Part shown: positions 11,901-23,340 of the stretch, in pieces | Layout: every line of letters begins with the position of its first letter | Position numbering within the stretch: position 1 is the stretch's first letter | The notes under the pieces: generated by a model | The model's database searches: none | Told to the model about the DNA's origin: nothing | What the model saw: only the letters and a program-made list of their open reading frames with translations | NCBI GenBank assembly: GCA_946965045.2 | Contig: OX337229.1 | Coordinates: 372,001 to 436,000 of the forward strand | Reading direction: 5' to 3' | Source: Epithemia pelagica | Taxonomy: Eukaryota; Protista; Bacillariophyta | Length of the DNA stretch: 64,000 bases | Made by a program: the position numbers and the translations under genes

Positions 11901-13838
11901 TGTGTCTCATGTCAATATTTTGTTCGTTACCTTCAATAATGTTAGTATGATTCGTAAGCTCAACAAGGAAATTGACGATGAGTATATAAGACTAGCTCAG
12001 GATCGGAGGAGGGTAGTACCGAATCAAAAGGGAAATTGGTTTGAGCAGTGGCTCGGGATTGGTTATTCACCAACAGGTGAAACGGAGCGCGTTCATTCAA
12101 GCACTGCATTTGTCGAGTTTCGTTCGGTAGTGGCCAAGCAACAGGCCATTCAATGTAATTTGACTGGAACCAATCGATTCTTTGAACTCAAGCAAGTCCC
12201 CGAGATTCGCGATATTCGTTGGGAAAACGCACACGTATCACAATCCTTGATTGATGCAAGAAAAATATGGGCAAATGTTGCCTTGGTTGGTGGTTTGATT
12301 GCCTGGTCGTTCATAGTACTTGCTATCCGATCTTTCGATGATGGCAGTGATGTCGTGGGCGCGGACAATCCGATCTTGGCTACAATCTTGGATTCGTATC
12401 TCCCGGCGATGATAGTTGAAGGGTTAGTACGGATTATCCCGTTCATCGTCAAGGCAATCTGTATTTGGATTCGGTTCAAGGCAACGTCCGAAGTAGACCA
12501 TTATGTCGTTCGATGGGTAAGTGCTGTTCATCTGCGCAGCAAGCCAGCGTATAACCCCACGCTTATTCAATGTTTGGTTATTTCTTTGTTCCTCTGCCCA
12601 GTACTTTGGGTTCCGACTGCTCACTTTTGTTTTCGTCATTGGGGGTGGCACTGTCGTTGATTCGGGAGACAGTTTCGTGGACGATCCGATGTAAGTGACC
12701 TAGAACTTCCAGTTTGTTCGGTTGTTCCAGCAAAGACCACTCACAGAGTCCATTGTAATAGGGGATTTTTGAGAGAACTATCCGACAATGTGGCCGAAAA
12801 CTCGGATTTCTTCATTTCGTACATTATTGTGGCCGGTGGGCTACAGATTGCGGTTCGCTTGTCACAGTTTCACAATGTGATAATCTACTGGTTTGTGAAC
12901 AAGCAAGGTGGACGAGAAGAAGCCTTGTCTCAACGACGACTGGATACAATCCGCAAAACAGTCAAAACCTTCCATCTAGAGGAGTTCATTCCTCTGTTCT
13001 TGTTTATTTTTATGATTGCTGCGTTATATGGGTCCCTTGCCCCCTTGGCTTGTTTGTTCGCTGCCATTTTCTTTAATGCGCATACAAAGTCTTCAAGTAC
13101 ATGACGCTCTATGTATACGGAAACAACTATGAAGGAGGAGGATTCTTATTCTATACGCTCAACAGGGTCATGTTTGTTGTTCTGTACTTTTTGGTTCTGG
13201 TCATTGGGAGTTACCTGTCGCTTCATGGAGATGGAGCAATGGCTGGATTGTTTGCAACAATTCTTCTCTTGGTGACGGGTCTGGTGCAGGGAGATATTTA
13301 TCGCACGTTTGTGGTTCCATCGACTACCTTGTCGCTCGCGAAAGCCTGTGTTTCCGACAATTTCAAAAGTGGCCTCACTATACGGGAAAAGAAACTAAAC
13401 AACTATCTTGCAGCCAAGGAAGAACTGGAACAAATGGCCGCCAATGACGATGAGGATAGTGAGAACGACAATGAGAATCTCATGGAAATGTTATTGCCAC
13501 CCCGTCCGGGAATGATCATGTCCCGAGACCAGAGCTCTGGGTCTGGAAAAGACAGTGATGCCGTGGAGGATACCACCTCGAACGAAACGGCTCTTCGAAT
13601 CCAGGCAATTCGGGAAATGGAACAGCGATACCAACAAAATGACGAGACGGAGGGATCCGTGTCCGATTTCACCGAAAGTGAGGCGTCGGTCCATCTCAAA
13701 TCCGACTTTTTCATTTACCGACAACCTTCTCTTAACCGTGCCACATGGGAAATCTCCCCACGGCCGTATCGAGACAATCTATCCCGATTGGTCGAGGAAC
13801 AACCCACAACGAACGATGCGGCTGAAGTGTGGCGATAA
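8933..13838 (+). CDS. OSCA/TMEM63 (CSC1/ERD4-like) mechanosensitive channel, multi-exon, with one frameshift
   Basis: IGLDAFMTLRFL, TCLVEYVP, AFVEFRS, VPEIRDIRWEN, YVYGNNYEGGG. In-frame introns at 11454-11544, 11845-11945, 12517-12601, 12691-12761. First intron uncertain (about 9085-9134). A 1-nt deletion at about 13075 (tttaatgcg) breaks FFKCAYKVFKYMTLYVY. Confidence 0.88.
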
Positions 13839-14060
13839 AAAACAAACCGATAGTTGGCCATCATCACAGACTCTAACAACCTGCCGAAATCAACGTTTAG
13901 GTTCATGCATTGGAAACGGATTCCGATTCCATCTCCATGGACAAGCAAGGGTTTCAGCGATGTCTCATTTCTTCCAGTGGTTTGACCTACAATATACCTA
14001 CACCTCTGACTAGAGAAGACGACACTTCGAAGGAACGGTTCTACGAAAGTATGGAGTTTA

Positions 14061-15299
14061 CTAGCGCTGCGGTCCATTGTCGTCGGGCATGACCTCCTGC
14101 GAGATGATTGTGCTGGTCGTGGGAGGTTGAAATCCAGCGGCATTGGCCCGTACCAATTGTGGCATGGTCATGGGTGTTTCGCCTCGGGTAATGTATTCAA
14201 AATCGTTTTCGTCGACTTGATGATGATTCACGACAGGGTTGTCCTCGTCAATCATGTGAAAGATTTCCAAAATGCCATTGACTTGCCATTCCGGAAAGCC
14301 CATGTCCAGATAGGCCTTTTTGGCCACAGCATAGGGAACTTGTGTAATGGTTACCCGTTGTGGTGGTTGTGGTTGGTGTTGGTGTTTGTGCGGTACCATG
14401 GTGGTACTACCAAACGTTTCGGCCAATTGGTTCAAGGAAAAGCCTGGATGCATGACCAATTTGTAGGTTTGATTGTGATGGAGGATTGGATGCGCCAATA
14501 TATCGGCCGCTGCCTTGCCAACATCATTGACGACAATGGGAGTAAAGCATTTATTGGGATTGCGTGGATCGTACAAGGTCAAATGGTTCTGTTCGTCACC
14601 ACCACCATGATCGGAAGCATGGTCCGTGGCATTGTGGTGGTGGTGGTGGCTGGAAGCAGCAATAGCACTCATGGAATAATGATAATAAAAATTGTCCATA
14701 AACAAGGGCAGACGTAAAATCCCATGACTTTTCAATCCTACCGTTTGAATGGCATGTTCAATCAAGGCCATTTGTCTGCCAAAGATGGTATCGGTATCGG
14801 CCGTTACCATGGAGACGACCAAGGTGTAGGGGACATGGGCATCCTTGGCGGCATGAATGGCATTGAGGGTAATCTTGACTCGATCTTCGTGACCCGGTGT
14901 CACCAAAAAGACACAATCGTACTGACGCAAGAGTGCCGTCAAGTGTGGTCGATTGCCGCCCATGTTGGCCTTGACAATGTGGATACGACTACTGTTAGTA
15001 GAGGATGGCAGGGAGTCGTCGTCGCTGTCGTGGTAGCTGTCGATTGCTTCTTCTTGTGTGATTCGTCGTCCGTGTGCTGCTGCTGGATACGAGGCGTCGT
15101 CCGTTTGGAGACTGTTCCAGGTGAACGACCACAGAGTGGCAAATTTGAGGGGATCCCGAACACCGGCTGTAATCTGAATGGGTTCATGACCATGACGAAT
15201 CAGTAACTGGACCAACGTGGCTCGACCGACATTGCCACTGGCACCCAACACGAGAATTCGTATCTTGCTGCACGGAGACTTGGGGATGCAATTGCCCAT
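14061..15299 (-). CDS. NmrA-like / atypical SDR NAD(P)-binding protein
   Basis: ILVLGASGNVGRATL Rossmann motif, VFLVTP, ILRLPLFMDN, IVVNDVGKAAADIL; N-terminal MGNC. Confidence 0.88.
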   Translation of the reverse strand: MGNCIPKSPCSKIRILVLGASGNVGRATLVQLLIRHGHEPIQITAGVRDPLKFATLWSFTWNSLQTDDASYPAAAHGRRITQEEAIDSYHDSDDDSLPSSTNSSRIHIVKANMGGNRPHLTALLRQYDCVFLVTPGHEDRVKITLNAIHAAKDAHVPYTLVVSMVTADTDTIFGRQMALIEHAIQTVGLKSHGILRLPLFMDNFYYHYSMSAIAASSHHHHHNATDHASDHGGGDEQNHLTLYDPRNPNKCFTPIVVNDVGKAAADILAHPILHHNQTYKLVMHPGFSLNQLAETFGSTTMVPHKHQHQPQPPQRVTITQVPYAVAKKAYLDMGFPEWQVNGILEIFHMIDEDNPVVNHHQVDENDFEYITRGETPMTMPQLVRANAAGFQPPTTSTIISQEVMPDDNGPQR

Positions 15300-16076
15300 T
15301 GTATCGTGTTGTTGTTCTTCTGCTGTTGGTTCTTGTTGTTGTCGTTGGTGTTAGAATCTCTGGTTCTTGCTGGCTTGCTTGCTTGTTTGGTGGACCGAGA
15401 AGAAAGCTTCTCATTTTGGTTGCACAACAAGGGAAAAAAAGAAGAACAAAACCGCCAACCAATGTGGTCGTGCTCGAACGGCTCCTCCTTCCCATTTTTT
15501 CGTTTCCTTTGTCTTTCCGTAATACGTGAACCACTCACGACTCTCGTCGCTGTACTACATCATGTCGTCTCGAATATCTCTCCACACTCCGAAATGCATG
15601 GCTTCGCGTTTCCATCCGCACAGTCTCTTTTTCGGTGGGTGCATGGCCCTTCGCCGAAAGTCATGTGCTGTCTTGTTGGGTTGTCTGTCGTGTTGGCAAT
15701 TGGCAAGAGAGTGCTGTTGCGTTGCGTTGCATCCGTTCGTTCGTTGGGAACATCGTGATGAGAACTCGGAAGCCGCGAAAAAGCGAAGAACATCAAAAGC
15801 GAGCTATCAGCGATCCGACCCTTCACTAGAAGAGAGCGATCGATCCGCGATCGAATCTTTTCCGGACTGACATACGTCCATCACCGACCATCAAAGCCGA
15901 GTTGTTGTTCTGTGTTGGATCGATTGGCATTCTATATCCAACCGAAAAAGTCAGAGTTGATACAGTCGGAGACTTCCAGTGGCGAGGAATACCAAAGAGC
16001 TGAGGCAACCCGATCTTGAAAGGATCCGGTTCGCAAGCAGTGCAAGATCAATTCCATTCAGTTCTTATATAGCAGC

Positions 16077-19000
16077 ATGTTCCGACGACTTGGCCATTCA
16101 ATGAACGGCAGCGGTTGGTTTGGGTCGTCGTCGTTGTTGGGTCCAGTCAAGGTTGCCAGGATGCTATGGATCCTTGTCGTCGCCACTACGTTGGTTCCCC
16201 ACGAAATCTCTGGCTTTGGGGTTTCCCCCAGCACATTGGGAGAAGTGCGAATGCCATTTCCAACAGGGCCCCTGTGGGGAACGGCACCAAACACTCCAAT
16301 CGAGGAATGGCAATCCCCATCCGAAACCACCACGACACGAGAACCTATCCGAGAGGAACCCGTGACAGGCTTGTCGTACGATCCTTCCAAATTCAAGGCG
16401 GGTGCTTTGATTCGCAAAACCATTTTGCACAATCACTTGCATTCCACTCCTCCACGACAATGGAATCCACCCAACCATGAAAATGACGCATCCAATTCCA
16501 CTACGACGGCTTCATCGTCTCCACCACCAGCCATTGTCTTGATTGATGTCGAAAATGTCCGTGGCAAATCTGGCTTTGCTTTGTCACATGCCGAATTGGT
16601 TCATGGCCTATCGGTATGGACCCGAATTTGTCAACTCCAAGGACAAGTCTCCTTGGTTGTCGATCATGGCAATATCGAAGCAGCCTATTATATTCCCACC
16701 TCGCAATTGGCCATTGTCTTTGCCGGTCCACGTTGCAAGGCGGACGATGTCATTGCCCATGACGTTCACGACTTTTTGGCCACGTCGTCCACAGCCATTC
16801 GGACCAATGTCGTGGTGGTCGTCACGGCCGATCGAGGATTGATCGATCGATGTCGTCGACGAACGGGATTGCGCAAAACGGTCACCATTGTGCAACCCTT
16901 GACACTGTTGGAAGATTTGGAACACATTTTCCAAGCCGTGCCCATGCCACAGGAACCACACGACACGACCATGACACACGACGAAACCACGTCTGCGGAT
17001 CCCGCATCCTCCTCCTCCATGGAACCAGAAATCAAGGCCTTGGATCATGAAATTAAATTAGGTGCCGAATTGTTGGAAGCGGAAGCCATGCTTCGAACCA
17101 AGGGAGGGATCAATCACAAACGCAAGGGCAAACTCAAAGCCAAGGTACGATCCTTGCGAGAAAAATTACTGGAATCCTCATCGCCCCTGTTGAATCAAGT
17201 CGTGGCCGATGTCTTGAAACAAGGACCCCAACAAGCCTTTGGTACTAGTGGTAGTCATCATCATCATCCAACGGAATCCTCCGTGTCACAACCAGCAGCA
17301 CCACGACTCTCCCCGGAACAACAAACGGCCTTGTTGGCCCGATGGGAAAAATTGCGCAAATCCATGAGTCGCAAAGAAAAGACGGGAGACCGGGTCATTT
17401 TGGCCGAACAATGGCGACGTCAACTCGAAGAACAAGTCGCGGCATGTCCTCCCACGGCATGGATCAATGCCACGGACCTTTCCAATCACAATCACAATCT
17501 CAATGTTACCAACGGTACAACCGTATCCGATTCCAACACCAACACGACCATGACAACAATAGAAACCACCACAAGAGTGTCCGCCAACATGGCCATGGCC
17601 CATGTGTTTCGATACAATGCCAATCATTATACTCCTCGACCAGGAGCATACGGACAGACATCGTGGATTCAAAATTCCATGCCCTTGTCGTCGTCGTCGT
17701 CTCCCTTTGTCGTTAATGACATGATCTCATTGTCGGCAGCGGCAGCCGATTATGTTCTTCCCAATTCCACGTCCTTGCGATTGGTGGTGATTTCCGATAC
17801 GCATGGCTTCGAAAAAACCTTGGCCAATGAAGAAGACGGAACAAGTCTACCGGATGGTGATGTCTTGTTGCATTTGGGTGATTTTGCCATGGATGGGAGT
17901 CACAAAAAGAGCTCGGCGGTTCGATTCGATCAATGGTTGGCCCAACAACCACATGCCCACAAAATTATCGTTCGTGGCAATCACGATCCTCGAACCTGGT
18001 TCCCCGAAACCTCTGGTGCCACCTTTGTCACGACACCCAAAACGGTCACCATTGGAGACTTTGTCTTTGCCCTTGTACCACACTTGTCGGGAGGCAAATT
18101 GTCCAATCGACTCATGCCCAAGCGGTGTCATGTCTTGGCCTCCCATTTGCCCCCCAAGGATATTTTGGATCATTGCTATTCCGGCAAAAATGCCGGAAGT
18201 TCCGGATTGCGCAAGGGCGTCGAACGCATGGTGAGCAAAACCACGGCACCACCGCCCAGTTTGTGGCTGTGTGGACATATTCATGAATCACGAGGCGCCA
18301 TTCGACATGCATTTGGATCGTCCACAACCAGTCCTTCAAACAACCAAAATGACGGAGCAGACTCGGAAGAGACACTGGTACTCAATGCCGCCAATGCCAA
18401 TTCCGGTATTGCCAAGCGATTGGAGCATGGTCCTGTCGTATTGCAACTCTCCATGGTGGGCAATAAGGGACGTCAAAGTAAATGTCATGTCGAAATTGTG
18501 TCCATGGACAATCAATTTGAATATCTCAATCAAAAAGATCCCAACTTCTTTGAGAAAGCAGCGACGACGACGACGACAACAACAACTACAGCCGATGAGT
18601 ACTATGGTCCCGAAGACTACCCCCTGATTGAGTTGTTGTTGGCGGTGGACTTGGGTTTGCGAACTGGATTTGCCCTTTACAATGATGAGGGACAGTTGTT
18701 GACCTATGAAAACGTAGAGTTTGGCAGCCCACAAGAGCTTGAGGAAGGCGCCTTGCATCGTATCCGTGAGTGGGAAGCGCAATTCAAGCCACTCCCAAAC
18801 GAAAAAGACGCCAAGCCAACGGCTCGCATTAGTCACATTGCCATTGAAGGAGCCGATGTCGAGCTGCGACAAGTGTGGAGAGAGATATGTAGTCAAAGTG
18901 ACTCTGACGACAATACGGACCATGCAGCACCCCGACAGTTGTTGTTGGTCCGTCCCGAGGAATGGCGGGCTGATTTACTTTCCAGCAAGGAAAAGCGATC

Positions 19001-19358
19001 GGGACAAAAGTCCAAGGAAGCGGCTCGTTTGATTGCCCGTCAAGTCGTGGCCGATTTTGGTGTGTGTGGAATTCATCAAGGGAAATTTCCGACCGACGTG
19101 GCCGAAGCCGTCTGTTTGGGCTATCATGTGAGTCGTCGATTGGGATGGATCGTACCTCATCGAGAATCTGCCGTGCGGCGATTTACCAATGGCAATATAA
19201 TCGTGCCAACCACGTCCGCAACACCCTTGACCGTAACCAATGCTACTTCGGTGGTGCCAATTGTGGTTCCCGCCAATGCCACAAGCACGCTATACTCTGA
19301 TAATCCTCTCACATCTGGCCAAATGCAAAATACAACAAAGTCTACGGTCTTGGTATAG
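16077..19358 (+). CDS. 1093-aa fusion: presequence + NYN/PIN (YacP-like) + calcineurin-like metallophosphoesterase (MPPED-like) + RNase H-fold RuvC-like domain
   Basis: Single uninterrupted ORF. NYN: IVLIDVENVRG, LVVDHG, KADDVI, VVVTADRGL. MPP: VISDTHG, LHLGDF, VRGNHD, LCGHIHE. RuvC-like: LLAVDLGLRTG, IAIEG, VRPEEWR, TDVAEAVCLG. Confidence 0.85.
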   Translation: MFRRLGHSMNGSGWFGSSSLLGPVKVARMLWILVVATTLVPHEISGFGVSPSTLGEVRMPFPTGPLWGTAPNTPIEEWQSPSETTTTREPIREEPVTGLSYDPSKFKAGALIRKTILHNHLHSTPPRQWNPPNHENDASNSTTTASSSPPPAIVLIDVENVRGKSGFALSHAELVHGLSVWTRICQLQGQVSLVVDHGNIEAAYYIPTSQLAIVFAGPRCKADDVIAHDVHDFLATSSTAIRTNVVVVVTADRGLIDRCRRRTGLRKTVTIVQPLTLLEDLEHIFQAVPMPQEPHDTTMTHDETTSADPASSSSMEPEIKALDHEIKLGAELLEAEAMLRTKGGINHKRKGKLKAKVRSLREKLLESSSPLLNQVVADVLKQGPQQAFGTSGSHHHHPTESSVSQPAAPRLSPEQQTALLARWEKLRKSMSRKEKTGDRVILAEQWRRQLEEQVAACPPTAWINATDLSNHNHNLNVTNGTTVSDSNTNTTMTTIETTTRVSANMAMAHVFRYNANHYTPRPGAYGQTSWIQNSMPLSSSSSPFVVNDMISLSAAAADYVLPNSTSLRLVVISDTHGFEKTLANEEDGTSLPDGDVLLHLGDFAMDGSHKKSSAVRFDQWLAQQPHAHKIIVRGNHDPRTWFPETSGATFVTTPKTVTIGDFVFALVPHLSGGKLSNRLMPKRCHVLASHLPPKDILDHCYSGKNAGSSGLRKGVERMVSKTTAPPPSLWLCGHIHESRGAIRHAFGSSTTSPSNNQNDGADSEETLVLNAANANSGIAKRLEHGPVVLQLSMVGNKGRQSKCHVEIVSMDNQFEYLNQKDPNFFEKAATTTTTTTTTADEYYGPEDYPLIELLLAVDLGLRTGFALYNDEGQLLTYENVEFGSPQELEEGALHRIREWEAQFKPLPNEKDAKPTARISHIAIEGADVELRQVWREICSQSDSDDNTDHAAPRQLLLVRPEEWRADLLSSKEKRSGQKSKEAARLIARQVVADFGVCGIHQGKFPTDVAEAVCLGYHVSRRLGWIVPHRESAVRRFTNGNIIVPTTSATPLTVTNATSVVPIVVPANATSTLYSDNPLTSGQMQNTTKSTVLV

Positions 19359-19663
19359 AGGTATATATAATCTCCATTTACAAGAGGACGCTTTGATCTC
19401 CCATTGTCAACAGTCGGGAACCAACGTCACGGTGCGACGAGGGCCATGGTACGAGTAAGCTTTGATTCGGAAGCAACTAAACGCGGGCCGGGTTTGGACA
19501 GTCGCACCTGTCGCACCTTGTGCGCTCGGAACGAAGTTCGTTGCGTGAAACACAACCGGATCGGATGAGTTTGGATGGAAAAGGACTCGGTCATCGTCCA
19601 ATTGCGTTGCTCATTTTCCCAAGGCATTCCAAATCACACGGGCATTCGATCCTCCGTGACACC

Positions 19664-20752
19664 ATGCGTATGGGATCAACACTCTATCACCAAGAACGGT
19701 TGCGCATGACTTGCAAGTTTTGGACTACCGTGTTGGTACTGGTGGTGGGTTCCCTCATGGCCATGATTCATGAGGAATACACTCGCAAGACCCTTCTCGC
19801 GGCGCAACAGCGCCACGACCAAGGATGGAAGGCAACTCCTCGGATTCGGCAGCTTAGTATTTTGGGCGAACGAAATAGTGGAACACGATGGACCTACGAG
19901 TAAGGAAATGCTTCCAGTGTTGTCGTCATTGGAAATGAGTGTCAGTTCGGCAGTCTCATTCTCACTCTCTGTTTGCTTTCCAGTCACTTGAACGATTGCT
20001 TTGGTCACGGGTTACGAGTGGTGAGCAACTTGACTCGACACAAGCACTGGTTTCAATATTCCGATCCTTCCCGGTACGAGCACGAAACCTTGGTGATTGC
20101 CCAATTCCGCAACCCGTACGATTGGCTCAAGGCCATGGAACGTGTCCCGCATCATGCTCCCAATCACTTGCGAACCAAGGAGGGAGCTAACGCCAGTTCG
20201 AACGAGTCGGAAAATGATTGGCGTATTTTCTTGAGCAAGGAATGGACCATGAACCGTGTGGGAAAGGATTTGGAATTGTTGGGCAATGAAACGTGTCAAG
20301 AAAACTTTGCCTTTCGAGATATCATTAGCTGCATTCAAGAACCCTTGCCCCGTTCGTATTACCAACACAAGCTCCGCTACTCGGAACAAGAACCCTTTTA
20401 CGAAATGCGCAATGATGGCAGTGGACATGCCTATGCCAATATCATGGAACTGCGAAGTGACAAGATTCTCAACGTTTTGTCCATTCGGGAGTATCCCCAC
20501 ATTGCCAGTGTCTGGGCTACGCAATACGAGTACTTGTTGGAAACGGGCACAGGGTTCTTGTTGGAACGCATTCGCAATGTGACGGGAATTGAACCCCATT
20601 GCCAGGCAGTGGCACCGCAAGTTCGTCCCGAAAAAAAGACGAGAGTGGTCACGCCCGACTTTGCCCGATACGTTCGTGAACATGTCAACTGGACCGTGGA
20701 AGCCATGGTGGGATACGAAGTGGAATGGGCCCGAGAGAATCCAATCGAGTAA
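19664..20752 (+). CDS. Membrane-anchored sulfotransferase-like P-loop protein, 2 exons; intron 19900-19983
   Basis: N-terminal TM segment (FWTTVLVLVVGSLMAMI), ILGERNSGT (5'-PAPS-loop-like), QFRNPYDWLKAM (3'-PB-like). Splicing joins TYD to HLNDCF in frame. Start codon uncertain. Confidence 0.65.
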
Positions 20753-21861
20753 ACTCTGTCGACCTATTGCATGGATGAAGATGCTGGGTTGCTGTGGATG
20801 CACCACCCTGGGTACTGTGAGTGAATAGACATAGTCTTTATTAATATAGGAGTGGTTGCGACGATTCGATAAGAGAGAAGATAGACTTTGGGTTGTGATT
20901 CGGGGTGGACTCCACTTGCTAGCTATGCTATCCCTCTTGTCTATAAAAAGAGACGCTGATGTCAACACGATGGGGGATTGTGTCTTTCGTTGGGGGATGC
21001 GCCCGGGTGGTGACAACCGACAGATGTCCATCCCACCACGATGCGACACTCATGTCCCAGTACTGATTGCCGTACATGCGACGGCAGAGCGACACTTTTG
21101 GATTCCGTGGATCTTCGCGGAAGTCGATTTCCAGATCTGACACAGACACGAGAAGATTCTTCGGAATCTCCGATTCGGATCTTGATGCGCGATTCGCAAT
21201 GATGCAAGCCGATTGTTCGTTCGTCGAAACTCATCCAACCTCCAAACGCGCGCTCCATCAATCGACTGTAGGTCAATGTGTAGTAATACAATTCGGTCGT
21301 TTTTTTTTTCATTCCATTCGATTCGCACCATTTCCATCTCTCGGAACCTCCCACAAATCTTCTGCCAGCCATCACATCATCCCCATGCGATTGAGCGCTT
21401 GCTTGGTTGGTTCTTGTGGCACCTCTCTTTCACGAAAAAAGCTGAAAGCGATCGACACGATTGTCCCGGGTGTCTCGTCTTCGAAAAAGAGAGTGAACAA
21501 CAAGAATCCCTCACGCACAAAAAAAAACAAGAAAGATTACTGCATACATTCATTGGCAGCTCGTTGTCAATCCCATGTTTCGCTAGATTTGCCTGCCTCT
21601 GCGTGTTATCTGTACTAGATTGTGAAATTGATTGATTGTGATTGTTGATGGATGAAGGCATCTCGGTGACTTGACTTATTGTGAACGAGAACTATCGAAA
21701 CCAACCAACAAGAAGGAGATATAGCCCACATTGGATCGTGAACAAGCAAGTATTATATACAACACTGTGTCTCGATTGGAGACCGTTCTGGTATCGAAGG
21801 ATCGTTGTTCCATCCGAGAACCCATTGTACGTTTGGTTTCACAAACACCAAGACATTCGAA

Positions 21862-23340
21862 ATGGACACTTCGTCTTCTTCCCTTGCCTTTCCATTGGCA
21901 TCTGGGTCTTCCAAACTCACCACAACGACCAGCACCAACAATCCAAACCATAACAACAACAATAGCAATAAGGCGGCCAATGGAAACAAGGCTGTGACGG
22001 CCCGAATTGTTTCGAGTTGTGTTGGATCCTTGATTGCCAACTTGTCGGTTCATCCCATGGAAGTGGTCAAGGTGCGGATGCAAAATACCTTTGCGAATCC
22101 GTCGGCAGCAACAGCAATGGCTACGTCTGCGGCATCGACCACGAGTTTTGACTTGTTGCCTGCCTTGTTTCCCTCCTCTTGCCATTCGACCGCGACTACC
22201 ACCACAACCACGACAGCTCTCTTGGAACGCTATCATCAATTTGCTACCAGTTATCATCATCATCATGCTGCACCCTACATTCCCGAAACAACCTTGTGCA
22301 GTGGATCCTCTGCCACGGCCAATCTGTTGGTGGCAGCTCCCGAACGAGCCGCTACCTTGCAGGCCGCTCGCTTTTCGGCCCCACGAGTCGCTCCACCACT
22401 GTCGTTACAGTCTTCCAATGAGTTGAGTCAAACCATTGCCATGATTCGGCATATTGCTCAATACGAAGGAACATCGGGTTTTTACAAGGGCCTTCGTCCC
22501 AGTTTGGCCATGATTGTACCCAACGCAACCGTTTATTATACCATTTACGATTGTTTGGCCGATTACTTTCGGGCCCAATTGGCCAATCATGGTTCTTCCA
22601 ATACAGGCGGCAACACGCCTACATCGTCGGCTGTGAATTCCTGGATTATTCCCTTGGTCGGTGGCAGTACGGCACGGTTGATTGCTTCCACTGTGACGGC
22701 ACCCTTGGAATATTTGCGAACCGTACAGGCTGCCAACTTGGTTGTGGGTGGATACAATCACAGTGGACAAGGCGATGTCTTGGCTCGAAGTGGCGCATCA
22801 GCAGGAGCCGCCCACTCGTCGGGTGGTGGTATTTGGAAACCCTTGGCTCATTTGTGGCGCCATCAAGGTGCTCGCTCCCTCTTTCGAGGATTGGAACCCT
22901 TGTTGTGGCGTGATTTGCCCTTTTCGGCCATTTATTGGCTGTCCGTTGAAAAATTGCGAGAAGTCCAACAGGAACGACAGCAGCAGCAGCAAACGACTTC
23001 GTCGTCATGGATGAATCCACCTCAAGTCGTGTGGGATTTTGGACAAGGCGCCATTGCGGCAACGTTGGCTGCCTTGGGCACGGCACCGGCCGATGTGGTC
23101 AAGACTCGATTTCAAGCACACATGGCTCAAACAGCTGCCCTCACCGCCGCCTCCAAGACGACGACAAGGACGACAAATGTCACACCCTTGACAATTCTTC
23201 AAGATATCTTGTCGCAACCGGCAGGTTGGAAACAACTCTGGAAGGGCAATTTGGCTCGAACGCTCAAATTGGCTCCGTCCTGTGCCATTATGCTGGCCAC
23301 CTATGAATGGGGCAAACGAACCTTGATGGCTTCCTCCTAG
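21862..23340 (+). CDS. Mitochondrial carrier, SLC25A39/40 (Mtm1)-like
   Basis: Three carrier signature repeats: HPMEVVKVRMQ, APLEYLRT, APADVVKTRFQ; also LWRDLPFSAIYW and APSCAIMLATYEWGK. Confidence 0.9.
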   Translation: MDTSSSSLAFPLASGSSKLTTTTSTNNPNHNNNNSNKAANGNKAVTARIVSSCVGSLIANLSVHPMEVVKVRMQNTFANPSAATAMATSAASTTSFDLLPALFPSSCHSTATTTTTTTALLERYHQFATSYHHHHAAPYIPETTLCSGSSATANLLVAAPERAATLQAARFSAPRVAPPLSLQSSNELSQTIAMIRHIAQYEGTSGFYKGLRPSLAMIVPNATVYYTIYDCLADYFRAQLANHGSSNTGGNTPTSSAVNSWIIPLVGGSTARLIASTVTAPLEYLRTVQAANLVVGGYNHSGQGDVLARSGASAGAAHSSGGGIWKPLAHLWRHQGARSLFRGLEPLLWRDLPFSAIYWLSVEKLREVQQERQQQQQTTSSSWMNPPQVVWDFGQGAIAATLAALGTAPADVVKTRFQAHMAQTAALTAASKTTTRTTNVTPLTILQDILSQPAGWKQLWKGNLARTLKLAPSCAIMLATYEWGKRTLMASS

